DNA of 64,000 nt. Source: a virus. Positions within the stretch are counted from its first letter, which is position 1. Every line of letters begins with the position of its first letter. The stretch is taken from the IMG/VR virus record IMGVR_UViG_3300035670_010555, positions 64,001-128,000 of that record. One strand, written 5' to 3'. A model generated the notes under the pieces. It saw nothing but the letters and a program-made list of their open reading frames with translations. It was not told the DNA's origin and made no database searches. The position numbers and the translations under genes are program-made. Shown piece after piece: positions 1 through 9,100 of the stretch.

Positions 1-407
1 GGTATTAACCCACAATGGGACAAGCCGGCATCAATCCAATAGTAATAATCATATGATTTATCTTCATTCCACCACCAGTGGAATTTGGAGTATTGTATTT
101 CGATGCACCTATCAGACTTTTTAGATTCTTCAATATTTTTATATTGATTTATCAAATCCTTAAATTTAGTTTGAGAAATATCAAAAATCTGAAATTTTAA
201 TTTTTCGGGGGATATTTGATTTTCTTCATAAAAAAATTTTTGTAGTGACTCTATTTCTCGATTTGAGGTATAACACAAAAAATCGGCATCAGTCATTTTG
301 AGTAATGACAATAGACTAAACCTGTAGTGTCCTCCCCTATTAATTCTTCCACCATATTCGGTACCATAAAGGTCACTATATATTGAAGTTATAAATTTAA
401 CTTTCAT
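1..407 (-). CDS. Partial (runs off left edge) HtrL/WlaTC-like glycosyltransferase
   Basis: Not in ORF track. ATG at 407 overlaps the stop of 397..1143 and reads MKVKFITSIYSDLYGTEYGGR...QYSKFHW...YDYYYWIDAGLSH. The WIDAG motif is typical of HtrL/YibB-like proteins. Confidence 0.55.
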   Translation of the reverse strand, partial: MKVKFITSIYSDLYGTEYGGRINRGGHYRFSLLSLLKMTDADFLCYTSNREIESLQKFFYEENQISPEKLKFQIFDISQTKFKDLINQYKNIEESKKSDRCIEIQYSKFHWWWNEDKSYDYYYWIDAGLSHCGLI

Positions 408-1143
408 AGTAAAATTTGCGATGTTCGTTTTTATCTTTTATTTCCTGTACTTGAAACTGGTCCATAAACTCGTGGGGTATTTTTATTGGGGTCCATCGAT
501 TCCAATTATAAGTTTGCATATACCAATTGTTATATACTCCTTCAGAAATATTTGAATAATTTGTTTTCTGAGGTGCAATTGGTAGTATGGGACAATAACT
601 CTGATACTTGTCAACTATAAATTTGTAGGTATAGTCATCTAAAGCAAAAAAGTATTCTCCACTATTTGTAAACGCGGTCAATGCTATGTCAAATATTTTG
701 TCGTAAATTGATTCGTCGTAAATTACCATGTTTGCACCATAAATCCCTCTAGCTTCAGGAGGAGCTTCAGGTGTGTTTGTCATGTCAAATAGGATATCAT
801 AATCCTTACTCACATTGATTGGTCTATTTTGTGTTGGGGACAAATTGAACATGGCAAACTCCAAGTTCGGACATGATTCTTCGATTTTAGTTAACAAATC
901 TTTTGCATAAGGCATAAATCCGCAATCATCCTCAATCATCATTACTCTTGGGTATTTCTTTTCCTTAGCAATTTTAATAATCTCAAAAGTGGATTTGGTA
1001 ATGCCCATATATGAGTTTGTGTCTATTGCCGAAAACCTTTCAAAGTCCCACCCAATATATTCCATTTCCTTGGTTATAGATTCCATCCTATCTGGTCTCC
1101 TATCCAAGTTTATTACAAACTTTGGTATTTCTGAAAAGTTCAT
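397..1143 (-). CDS. Glycosyltransferase family 25-like protein
   Basis: FVINLDRRPDR, ERFSAID and MIEDD motifs characteristic of GT25. Confidence 0.8.
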   Translation of the reverse strand: MNFSEIPKFVINLDRRPDRMESITKEMEYIGWDFERFSAIDTNSYMGITKSTFEIIKIAKEKKYPRVMMIEDDCGFMPYAKDLLTKIEESCPNLEFAMFNLSPTQNRPINVSKDYDILFDMTNTPEAPPEARGIYGANMVIYDESIYDKIFDIALTAFTNSGEYFFALDDYTYKFIVDKYQSYCPILPIAPQKTNYSNISEGVYNNWYMQTYNWNRWTPIKIPHEFMDQFQVQEIKDKNEHRKFYYES

Positions 1144-2405
1144 TAACTAACGTGATTGTGGTTTAGTTGCCCTGTTAATCTATCACACCAACCTTTGGAC
1201 ACCGAGTGAGGCCACACAACCCAATGTGTTGGTAATACTGTTGTTGGGAATTCTCTCCACACCTTACAATATTTGTCAGGGTCTCTAAAAAAACCGGCAA
1301 TTTCATTCTTGTCCGCATCTCTTCTATAAATGGTTTCATCGTTTGGACCGTGGAATGCGACCACCCAAAAATCGTAATCCTTTTCAGGAACGCTTGAATA
1401 CCCAATATCAATACAATGTTTATAAATGGTTGAAAAACTTTTTTTCCATTCTTCTTCATCTTCAATAACAGGACTTGGCGCGTATTTTTTATCCAAACAA
1501 TGTTGGTCAACCGCTCTTTTTTCAAATAATAAACCAGCGTATCTTTCGTAATCCCGTAATGTTCTCACAGTTCCGAATCCGTAAGGACCATCATGACCTT
1601 CTTGAGTTTCACCATCCATACCAAATAATTTTCTATTTGTTAGGTGAGATTTTTTATTTTTTTCACCCCACGTTTTATCGTCATCCCATTGTTTGGTTCT
1701 GCCTTTACGAGTGTATTCGTGATACACAACAGGAATGTGTGGGTGGAACAAATCGTAACCCCAAGTATATGCTCTCGCGGCAATTGAAATTTCTTCTCCG
1801 TGAAAATAGTATTCAGGATTGTGTTGTACTTCAGTTGAGAATTGTCCGAGTGTGAAACAGAAGTGAGCTGAATAGAATCTTGCGGTAACAGGTTTTGTCA
1901 TCTCTTTCCATCCTGGTATTGTTTCAGGTAAAAAGAATACCGCTCCTTCAGGAATAAATCTATCAAAAGCCATTCTCCAAGCGTCTTGTGCACGACCTGC
2001 AGGGTCATTTTCAGGATCGAATGAAGGAACATAACCTGTCAACAAAGGTTTCTTATATCCATCCTTTTGTAATCCTTTAATCATTTTGATTAATACATCA
2101 TCCCAATCTTTGATGAATCTCATATGAGAATCAATTTGAAGTGTGTATGTTTCACCATCATATAGTTGTTGAGTTAAATTTCTTGCCCAACAAACTCCTT
2201 TAGATTCTTGATATGGAATGTCCAATATTTTGAATCGTTTATCTTTTCTAAACTCATCTAAATTATCGAATCCATCTGATTCACTGTATTGTCTCGCAAT
2301 TCCGAAAACCAAGTTATTCGGTTTTTTTGCATTTGAAATCATGTCTTTTAATGTCGGAACCAACTGTGGATCTCTGTAGGAAGCAATTTGAATAAAAATT
2401 TTCAT
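1143..2405 (-). CDS. GT60-like polypeptide alpha-N-acetylglucosaminyltransferase (Skp1-hydroxyproline GlcNAc-T / PF11397-like)
   Basis: IFIQIASYRDP, GVCWAR, LQIDSHMRF..WD, FHGEEI...RAYT.GYD, HEY motifs. Confidence 0.85.
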   Translation of the reverse strand: MKIFIQIASYRDPQLVPTLKDMISNAKKPNNLVFGIARQYSESDGFDNLDEFRKDKRFKILDIPYQESKGVCWARNLTQQLYDGETYTLQIDSHMRFIKDWDDVLIKMIKGLQKDGYKKPLLTGYVPSFDPENDPAGRAQDAWRMAFDRFIPEGAVFFLPETIPGWKEMTKPVTARFYSAHFCFTLGQFSTEVQHNPEYYFHGEEISIAARAYTWGYDLFHPHIPVVYHEYTRKGRTKQWDDDKTWGEKNKKSHLTNRKLFGMDGETQEGHDGPYGFGTVRTLRDYERYAGLLFEKRAVDQHCLDKKYAPSPVIEDEEEWKKSFSTIYKHCIDIGYSSVPEKDYDFWVVAFHGPNDETIYRRDADKNEIAGFFRDPDKYCKVWREFPTTVLPTHWVVWPHSVSKGWCDRLTGQLNHNHVS

Positions 2406-2430
2406 TTGAAATATATTTTATCCTAAAAGT

Positions 2431-2461
2431 AAAAAACCCTCCGACAAAGTGGAGGGTTTTT
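2431..2461. terminator. Intrinsic terminator, potentially bidirectional
   Basis: AAAAAACCCTCC-gacaaagt-GGAGGGTTTTT. Confidence 0.8.
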
Positions 2462-2486
2462 GAATATATATTAATGTTTTTTATTT

Positions 2487-3320
2487 TTAAGATGAAGATG
2501 GTGTAGGTGTCATAGTAGGAGTTTCGGTTGGAGTACTTGTTGCTGTCTCACTTGGTGTGTTGGTTGGAGTTTCAGTTGGAGTCTCGGTAGGAGTTTCACT
2601 TGGAGTTCCTGAAGGTGTATTGGTAGGAGTCTCGGTAGGAGTTTCACTTGGAGTTCCTGAAGGTGTATTGGTAGGAGTTTCGGTTGGAGTCTCGGTAGGA
2701 GTTTCACTTGGAGTATTAGTAGGAGTTTCGGTTGGAGTCTCGGTAGGAGTTTCACTTGGAGTTCCTGAAGGTGTATTGGTAGGAGTTTCGGTAGGTGTAC
2801 TTGTTGGAGTTTCTGTAGGAGTATTAGTAGGAGTCTCGCTAGGAGTATTTGTTGGAGTTTCTGTAGGAGTACTTGTTGGAGTTTCGCTAGGAGTATTCGT
2901 TGGAGTTTCAGTTGGAGTTGGACTCGGTGTTTCTGTTGCGGTCACGCTCGGAGTTGGGGTCGATGTTTCAGTATTAGTTGGAGTCGGTGTAGGTGTTCCA
3001 GTTTCTGTTGCAGTCACGCTCGGAGTTGGAGTATTTGTAGGGGTTTCAGTTGGTGTCATTGTTGGAGATGGCGTCAGCGTTGGAGATGGTGTTGGTGTGT
3101 TAGTTGCAGAAATTGGAGGAAACGCACCTTCATCTACAAATGAAACTGCAGATTTGAATGCCGATGCAATTGTATAGGTCCCATCGATAACCCAAATATT
3201 TTTCGTTTGATTAGGTAATAATTCAACTTGATAATCCCAAAAAGAATCATCACATCTTCGATAACTAAAGTTTACTACAGTTGAACCTGTATTTGTAAGA
3301 ATGTATTTACTGCAAGCCAT
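2487..3320 (-). CDS. Mucin-like Pro/Thr-repeat protein with small Cys-containing N-terminal domain (putative virion surface protein)
   Basis: About 70 aa N-domain ([13 protein letters not shown]...YRRCDD) followed by about 200 aa of [12 protein letters not shown] repeats. Confidence 0.8.
   Translation of the reverse strand: MACSKYILTNTGSTVVNFSYRRCDDSFWDYQVELLPNQTKNIWVIDGTYTIASAFKSAVSFVDEGAFPPISATNTPTPSPTLTPSPTMTPTETPTNTPTPSVTATETGTPTPTPTNTETSTPTPSVTATETPSPTPTETPTNTPSETPTSTPTETPTNTPSETPTNTPTETPTSTPTETPTNTPSGTPSETPTETPTETPTNTPSETPTETPTETPTNTPSGTPSETPTETPTNTPSGTPSETPTETPTETPTNTPSETATSTPTETPTMTPTPSSS
2500..3105 (-). repeat. Degenerate 12-bp-based tandem repeats encoding (T-P-T/S-x)n
   Basis: Units such as GTAGGAGTTTCG / GTTGGAGTCTCG / CTTGGAGTTCCT, with higher-order near-identical blocks. 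Confidence 0.9.
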
Positions 3321-3346
3321 ATATTTTTATATTTTTTTTCGCTAAA

Positions 3347-3559
3347 TTATACTGGAGGAAAAACTCCGTCGTTAATCAAAGATATTGATGGCTTGAATAA
3401 TGGTGCCACAGTATACGTCCCGTCAGTTACCCAAATATTTTTTACTTGGTTTGGGGATAGCTGGATTTGATAGTCCCACATCGAATCGTCACATCTTCTA
3501 TAACTAAAATTTACTGATGTTGATCCTGTATTTGTAAGTGTATATTTACTACATGCCAT
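3347..3559 (-). CDS. Tail-less paralog of the 2487..3320 N-terminal domain
   Basis: [31 protein letters not shown] is nearly identical to the N-terminus of 2487..3320. Confidence 0.8.
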   Translation of the reverse strand: MACSKYTLTNTGSTSVNFSYRRCDDSMWDYQIQLSPNQVKNIWVTDGTYTVAPLFKPSISLINDGVFPPV

Positions 3560-3622
3560 CGTTTATCTCATTTAATTTATAAATACAGCAAACAGTAGTA
3601 TTTTCCATTTTTTTTCCAAAAA

Positions 3623-3931
3623 TTATGAAGGTGTCACTGTTGGTGTCAACGTATTGGTCGGGGTTATAGTTGGTGTTGGCGTTTCTGTTGACGATGGGGT
3701 ATTTGTTGGGGTTATAGTTGGTGTTGGCGTTGGTCCTGAAATGACAAGAGAATACGTTGTACCATATGTTGGAACATAACAATTGTAAGTACCCAAATAG
3801 TAATCTGATAGATATTCGAATGGAAATACTTGAGTACCTAAATCAATAGTACCTCCAGATTCTGGCAAATACGTTACATTGGTTGTTAGACCACTCAAAT
3901 TATTACTTAATATTCTTACTCCAATTACCAT
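3623..3931 (-). CDS. Small protein with C-terminal Pro/Thr repeat
   Basis: Beta-rich N-domain then GPTPTPTITPTNTP... Confidence 0.7.
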   Translation of the reverse strand: MVIGVRILSNNLSGLTTNVTYLPESGGTIDLGTQVFPFEYLSDYYLGTYNCYVPTYGTTYSLVISGPTPTPTITPTNTPSSTETPTPTITPTNTLTPTVTPS

Positions 3932-3942
3932 ATCTATATATA

Positions 3943-4509
3943 TTAACAGATACCTTTGTTTATTATCAAAGTTCCACTTAATTGTACGAAAATTGCTCCA
4001 TCAGAAATTGTGAATTTATTACCTGCTGGTGGTATGGTCAATGCCCTATTACCGTAAACATGGTCCCCAACTTCTAAAGTGTTGAACGGTTTTGTTGTAA
4101 AGACCTTAACATTCGCAGGATTTGCAATCATATTAACGGACTCACAAACGTTTTGATACCAACCTCCACCTCTTAGATTTCTTTCATATATAGGAGAAGG
4201 AGTCACGGACGGTGTTGGAGTTTCTGTTGGAGTAGGAGTTTGTGTCATTGGTGTTGGTGTAACACTTACCGTTGGAGTGACTGTTGGAGTTACTGTAGGT
4301 GTCGGAGTTGTGCTTGGGCATAATCCAGTATTTATAATATCCAAAGGGCCACTGTAACTTTCTTGAGCCAAATATTCGGCACAAACAAACTCTGTGGAAA
4401 GTGGTGATATTGAAGATACACTAATTATACCCGTACACCCTGTCCATATATAAAACCCATTTTGGGTACTATTATAGTTAGTTATTCGATATTGGTTACA
4501 AGTACTCAT
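3943..4509 (-). CDS. Pro/Thr-linker protein with Cys-containing N-domain
   Basis: MSTCNQYRITN...WTGC N-domain resembling that of 2487/3347, central (TP)n linker, C-terminal domain. Confidence 0.75.
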   Translation of the reverse strand: MSTCNQYRITNYNSTQNGFYIWTGCTGIISVSSISPLSTEFVCAEYLAQESYSGPLDIINTGLCPSTTPTPTVTPTVTPTVSVTPTPMTQTPTPTETPTPSVTPSPIYERNLRGGGWYQNVCESVNMIANPANVKVFTTKPFNTLEVGDHVYGNRALTIPPAGNKFTISDGAIFVQLSGTLIINKGIC

Positions 4510-4532
4510 ATTTTAACAGTCCATGTTTTGAT

Positions 4533-7079
4533 TTAGTTTGTTGGTGTAACTGTAGGAGTGATAGTTGGTGTTGGTGTCGGAATAACAGGTAAAATTAAAT
4601 CGACAGGACAAATACAACCAATTAAATTATAGGAAAAAACGTCAAACGCAACTACAATTTCTCCAGGTAATAAAACTGGAGATAAATCAAATTGGTGTTG
4701 ATGTTGTTCTACGTTTATAGTTTCTTCCCCATAGAAAACAGTTCCTAATGAACCGTAAGCCGCTCCCGAAATGATATAATCACAGTTAGCAATCGCTGGT
4801 GACGTAAAATCAGGAAGATTCCATAATACCAATTTGAATTTTGTGGACTCCGTCAGTTCTACCTGTAAATATTGTGTTGTGATAGGACACGTTGGTGTTT
4901 GTGTTGGTGTCCCAGTAGGTGTATTCGTCGGTGTTTCAGTCGGTGTAACTGTCGGAGTAACTGTTGAAGTTTCTGTAGTTGTCGGAGTCGGTGTTTCAGT
5001 CGGTGTAACTGTCGGAGTAACTGTTGAAGTTTCTGTAGTTGTCGGTGTCGGTGTTTCAGTCGGTGTAACTGTCGGAGTAACTGTTGAAGTTTCTGTAGTT
5101 GTCGGTGTCGGTGTTTCAGTCGGTGTAACTGTCGGAGTTTCTGTAGTTGTCGGTGTTGGTGTTACGGTTGGAGTAGGCGATGGTTCAATTAACTCATAAG
5201 TTAAATCATTGCTTGGAACAACAATAGTACAATTAGGACACTCAGGATTCAACAATGTATACTTGTCTTTCAAAATTCTAAAATTGTGTTTGACCTGCGA
5301 AGCGTTTAATGGTTCAACATACATTCTGAACGAGCTTATGTCACCAATCATACTACCACCGAAATATTCTTCTAACTTAATATGTGTGGTTAATCCTGAA
5401 TAAATTGTATTATCTAAATCATGAGTTGTTAAACATTCAGGGTCTTGCTGGTAAGTGATACCACTAATAGATTCAGGACACCCTCCTGAAAATGTCAAGT
5501 TATCTTTAAGACCTTGAGTTCCTCCACCTAACGAAATATTATATCCAACACCAATTTGTTTTTCTCTTTCAACATTCAACAATCTTGGGATAATTTCTTC
5601 AAAGTTTTCTGCAACCATGAACAATTTACCATTAACAAAAATTTTGAGAGTACCCAATCTGTATATTTGTTCCTCAGTCCAATTGTCGTTGAAAGTTACA
5701 ATTTCTGTTGTTGCAGGATCGTATGGTAATTCATGAGTTAGTGGAGGTTCAATCAAGCTAACACTATTGTTTGCTGGTGTTGCAGTATATATCGTGTCAA
5801 CAAGAAGTCCTAACCCACCCTTCTCATAAAGGTCACAAGTGTCGAGCCATTGATTTCTTTGGAATACGGCATCGATTTGAACCCAGTGTTCTACATTTAT
5901 ATACGGTGTATTTTTACACTCATCGAAAATACCTCTTGTTGAACACCATTCTGTAACTGAAGTTCCTGTTTGATATGTTAACCCTGTAAGACAAGTTCCA
6001 CTTGTTTCACAGCCACCAGTAATCCTATATGTTTTTATACAAACTCTCGGATTTCCTGTATCACCACTTAACCTTATTGATAATCCATTGGAAACGCCAT
6101 CATATAATGGATCTTTCTCAGGATATTGGGCATTTACCTCACATTCACAATTACATCCACATGAACAATTTTTTGATGTCCCCCCTGAAATCTGATAAAC
6201 TTGAAGACAAGTTGATGCGGTATTAGCAGAACTAGCACATCCACAAGTATGCATACAAGTTAAACCTGAAGTTACTCTTGTATATCCAGTATCTTGTTTT
6301 GGTTCTCCATCCGCATAATGGTAAAATTTGTTTTCAGCCCGAGAACCCATATAAAAGAATGTTCCTTTATTATCAGGGTATCGATTGTTAAGACCAACAC
6401 TTGTATCTCCCGTCCATCGGTATCTCAACATAAATTCTGCAGTCCAACCTAATGGTACTCTTTGTGGGAAAATCTGATAGTCGTATCCAGGTATTTTATA
6501 AAATCCTTGGAAAAATCCTCCATCTAATCTTGCAAAATATCCGACAGGACCTCCATCAGTCGCGTAATTCAAATCATAACTGTATGAATTATCGTTCCAT
6601 AATCTAGTTTGTGTTGTTGTAAACCCTGTAATAGGGTGGAGTTTCATTCTCCTATCGTATTTGTATCTACTATATTTGTCGGTGTTGTTTGTGTAAAGTC
6701 CTGTTGTTATTTGGATTGTCTCTCCTGACATTTTTTTAACCAAACCATTATCAATACCAGTTAAACCTACATCACACAAGTCGGTAACCTTTGGACAAAA
6801 GTTAGGATCTATGTCGTCAGGATTCCAATAATTTTCAGAAACAATTACATCATTATCAAAAGTACATACCCCTGATTGACATATCGTCGTACCTGTACTA
6901 TTGAAATCAAATTTGAATGGCATTCTATTTCCATCGTCCTCACCTATTAATAAAGGTGAAAAAATTACTTCTTGGTCATAGTCCTTCTCATCCGAAGCCA
7001 AACAGATATCGGTAATTTCATTGACAGGTTTAATCCCCCAACGTCTAAAATTGTACTGATTAATATTTTGATATGCCAT
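4533..7079 (-). CDS. Large LamG/ConA-like domain protein with Cys-rich insert and Pro/Thr repeats (putative virion fibre/adhesin)
   Basis: LKIFVNGKL and IGDISSFRMY..PLNASQVKHNF are LamG-like; CSCGCNCEC cluster; about 100 aa PT tract. Confidence 0.7.
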   Translation of the reverse strand: MAYQNINQYNFRRWGIKPVNEITDICLASDEKDYDQEVIFSPLLIGEDDGNRMPFKFDFNSTGTTICQSGVCTFDNDVIVSENYWNPDDIDPNFCPKVTDLCDVGLTGIDNGLVKKMSGETIQITTGLYTNNTDKYSRYKYDRRMKLHPITGFTTTQTRLWNDNSYSYDLNYATDGGPVGYFARLDGGFFQGFYKIPGYDYQIFPQRVPLGWTAEFMLRYRWTGDTSVGLNNRYPDNKGTFFYMGSRAENKFYHYADGEPKQDTGYTRVTSGLTCMHTCGCASSANTASTCLQVYQISGGTSKNCSCGCNCECEVNAQYPEKDPLYDGVSNGLSIRLSGDTGNPRVCIKTYRITGGCETSGTCLTGLTYQTGTSVTEWCSTRGIFDECKNTPYINVEHWVQIDAVFQRNQWLDTCDLYEKGGLGLLVDTIYTATPANNSVSLIEPPLTHELPYDPATTEIVTFNDNWTEEQIYRLGTLKIFVNGKLFMVAENFEEIIPRLLNVEREKQIGVGYNISLGGGTQGLKDNLTFSGGCPESISGITYQQDPECLTTHDLDNTIYSGLTTHIKLEEYFGGSMIGDISSFRMYVEPLNASQVKHNFRILKDKYTLLNPECPNCTIVVPSNDLTYELIEPSPTPTVTPTPTTTETPTVTPTETPTPTTTETSTVTPTVTPTETPTPTTTETSTVTPTVTPTETPTPTTTETSTVTPTVTPTETPTNTPTGTPTQTPTCPITTQYLQVELTESTKFKLVLWNLPDFTSPAIANCDYIISGAAYGSLGTVFYGEETINVEQHQHQFDLSPVLLPGEIVVAFDVFSYNLIGCICPVDLILPVIPTPTPTITPTVTPTN
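4927..5137 (-). repeat. 60-bp tandem repeat (about 3.5 copies) encoding TPTPTTTETSTVTPTVTPTE
   Basis: Sequence lines 4921-5160 repeat in register almost exactly. Confidence 0.9.
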
Positions 7080-7087
7080 AAACTAAT

Positions 7088-7116
7088 GATAAATACCTTA
7101 TGTCATAGTATTTATA
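7088..7116. promoter_or_regulatory. Back-to-back putative late promoters (TATTTAT) for divergent operons
   Basis: TATTTATC on the minus strand (7088-7095) before gene 7079; TATTTATA on the plus strand (7109-7116) before gene 7132. Confidence 0.6.
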
Positions 7117-7131
7117 GATAAAAACTGCGAT

Positions 7132-7953
7132 ATGATTCCTGTAGATACTGAATTTTTTTCATCACCCTATTATTTCTTAATGAGAGATAAAGGAAATAAA
7201 TATTCATTATATTTCTCAGTTGAGAATACTTTGACCGAAGCACGTAAAAAAGATGAGGTCGTTCACTTCTCTAAAGAAAAGGGTGAGAAGGTAAAAAAAC
7301 ACTTGAAAAAAATTGCAAAGGAAAAGAAGATAAAAGACACAAAAACTTTAAAGACCGATTTAGAGGAACTGGTAAACTCTGATGGTAATATGTCAAACTC
7401 TAAAATTCCGATTTTAGACCCAAGATTACACCCACGAAAAACTATGGACCAAACCGTAGCCGCGGCAAGTATTACTAACGACCCAATCTCACGTGGTTAT
7501 AGAACTTACTATGGTGAAAGTGAAGTAAAAGAAATCGATATGTCAGGTGCATTTGGTTACGAAGAAACTGAAGATATGGACGGCAAAGAAACCTACGAAT
7601 TTTTGGTTAAAGATATGGGTATGGAACCTGACGAGGCGAAGGAAAGAACAAAACAACAAGGAAAAGACCCATCGGGTAAAAAAGATAAAAAGTCAGAATA
7701 TTATGAAGACCCCAATTTTATAACAAGAGCAACTTTGTCGGAAATTCAAAAACAGAAAGCAATTAAGGTGGTTGAAGATATGTTGGCAAAAAAGAAAGAT
7801 TCTAATTCTGCTGACGTAGGAAAAAAAGATAAACCAAAGGATTTGGATAATTTATCACCAATATTGAAAAAAAATCTTAGCTCTTTAATGAAACAAGCAG
7901 AAAAACACGGGTTTTCAAAAAAAGATTTAATAAAAATAATTCAAGGTGAATAA
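7132..7953 (+). CDS. Hypothetical charged protein (possible internal head protein)
   Basis: Long K/E-rich ORF after TATTTATA. Confidence 0.6.
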   Translation: MIPVDTEFFSSPYYFLMRDKGNKYSLYFSVENTLTEARKKDEVVHFSKEKGEKVKKHLKKIAKEKKIKDTKTLKTDLEELVNSDGNMSNSKIPILDPRLHPRKTMDQTVAAASITNDPISRGYRTYYGESEVKEIDMSGAFGYEETEDMDGKETYEFLVKDMGMEPDEAKERTKQQGKDPSGKKDKKSEYYEDPNFITRATLSEIQKQKAIKVVEDMLAKKKDSNSADVGKKDKPKDLDNLSPILKKNLSSLMKQAEKHGFSKKDLIKIIQGE

Positions 7954-8422
7954 CGATTTATATAATTCAGCAAAAGGAGAAATTGAATTTCCATCAACTT
8001 TGAGGGACCATATGAAAAAATGTTTCCACATGGTTAAAGGTGCTGATGAGAATACAGAGGGGTTTAACCGTAACAAAGAATTACAGGATAAAAATTTTAT
8101 TGAATACAAACAACTAAAAAGAATAAAAAACTTTTTTGACAATTTTATAGGTAATCAAAAAGAACCTTCATTTATTTTAAATGGTGGTGTTGAGATGAAA
8201 AATTGGGTTAATAACGAGTTACGGAAGATGAGGGATTATACCAAAATGACCAAAACAAATAAAATGGACGCTGGAATGCAAAATCAGTTCATTAAACCTC
8301 ATGAGAAAAAAGACTTTACCAATGTTAGACCATCACAACAACATTCAGATACCTTCAACAAATATGACTCAGCGGTGACTGAAAGCCTTAAAAGAATAAA
8401 CGAAATAATGAAACAATTATAA
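7946..8422 (+). CDS. Hypothetical protein
   Basis: ORF in operon; C-terminal VTESLKRINEIMKQL helix. Confidence 0.6.
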   Translation: MNNDLYNSAKGEIEFPSTLRDHMKKCFHMVKGADENTEGFNRNKELQDKNFIEYKQLKRIKNFFDNFIGNQKEPSFILNGGVEMKNWVNNELRKMRDYTKMTKTNKMDAGMQNQFIKPHEKKDFTNVRPSQQHSDTFNKYDSAVTESLKRINEIMKQL

Positions 8423-8424
8423 TT

Positions 8425-8718
8425 ATGGGAAACGAACTCGCAATCGATTTATCTCAAGATATTCCAAATGCATTGACAGCAATTGGTGATGTAGAAAGAG
8501 CAAAACTGATACCTAAAAATGATTTTAACGCAGTTGGCAACGAATACTCTGTTGTTAACAGAGACGCAGTTGCTGATGGTGATTCTATGGGTAGAGGTAC
8601 AGGAGCATTTTTGGACGTTTATAATGTCAACGCAGGAACCATTACTGACGTTGTTGAACGAAAAAATGAAATAAAAATTAACAAATTTAATTCATCAAAG
8701 ACTTATCCTAACTTTTAA
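8425..8718 (+). CDS. Hypothetical protein
   Basis: Translationally coupled ORF. Confidence 0.6.
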   Translation: MGNELAIDLSQDIPNALTAIGDVERAKLIPKNDFNAVGNEYSVVNRDAVADGDSMGRGTGAFLDVYNVNAGTITDVVERKNEIKINKFNSSKTYPNF

Positions 8719-9098
8719 TGAAATTACAAGAGACGCTCAAAGGTTTAATTTGTGAAATCGCATCTGTTGATAGTGTTGTTAACGCTATTAAAAACAAACA
8801 GAAGGTGGTTATCTATTATGATGGTGATGAGCCGGGTGGTAGAGGATTAAGAGAAATTGAACCTGTGTGTTTAGGCACAAGTAAAGCGGGAAACAAAGTA
8901 TTACGAGCGTGGGATGAAGAAGGAGCGTCCCACACAGCCTACAAAGGAGAACAACCTTTACCAGGATGGAGACTTTTTAGATTAGATAAAATTCTGTCCT
9001 TAAAACCAACTGGAGAAAATTTTACAGAAATGAGGCCAAATTTCAATCCAAATGGTGACAAAAGTATGACTTCGATTATTATTATAGCAAAATTCTAA
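8718..9098 (+). CDS. Stand-alone WYL-domain-like protein
   Basis: VVIYY...REIEP..LG...LRAW...WRLFRLDKI pattern. Confidence 0.7.
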   Translation: MKLQETLKGLICEIASVDSVVNAIKNKQKVVIYYDGDEPGGRGLREIEPVCLGTSKAGNKVLRAWDEEGASHTAYKGEQPLPGWRLFRLDKILSLKPTGENFTEMRPNFNPNGDKSMTSIIIIAKF

Positions 9099-9100
9099 TT

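Noticed and set aside
2557-3177. Val/Gly-rich + strand ORF (also 4834..5199 and 54648..54857)
   Set aside because: Antisense shadows of Thr/Pro repeat codons, not independent genes
4927-5137. Regular repeats as a possible CRISPR array
   Set aside because: Contiguous in-frame coding repeats with no unique spacers and no cas genes
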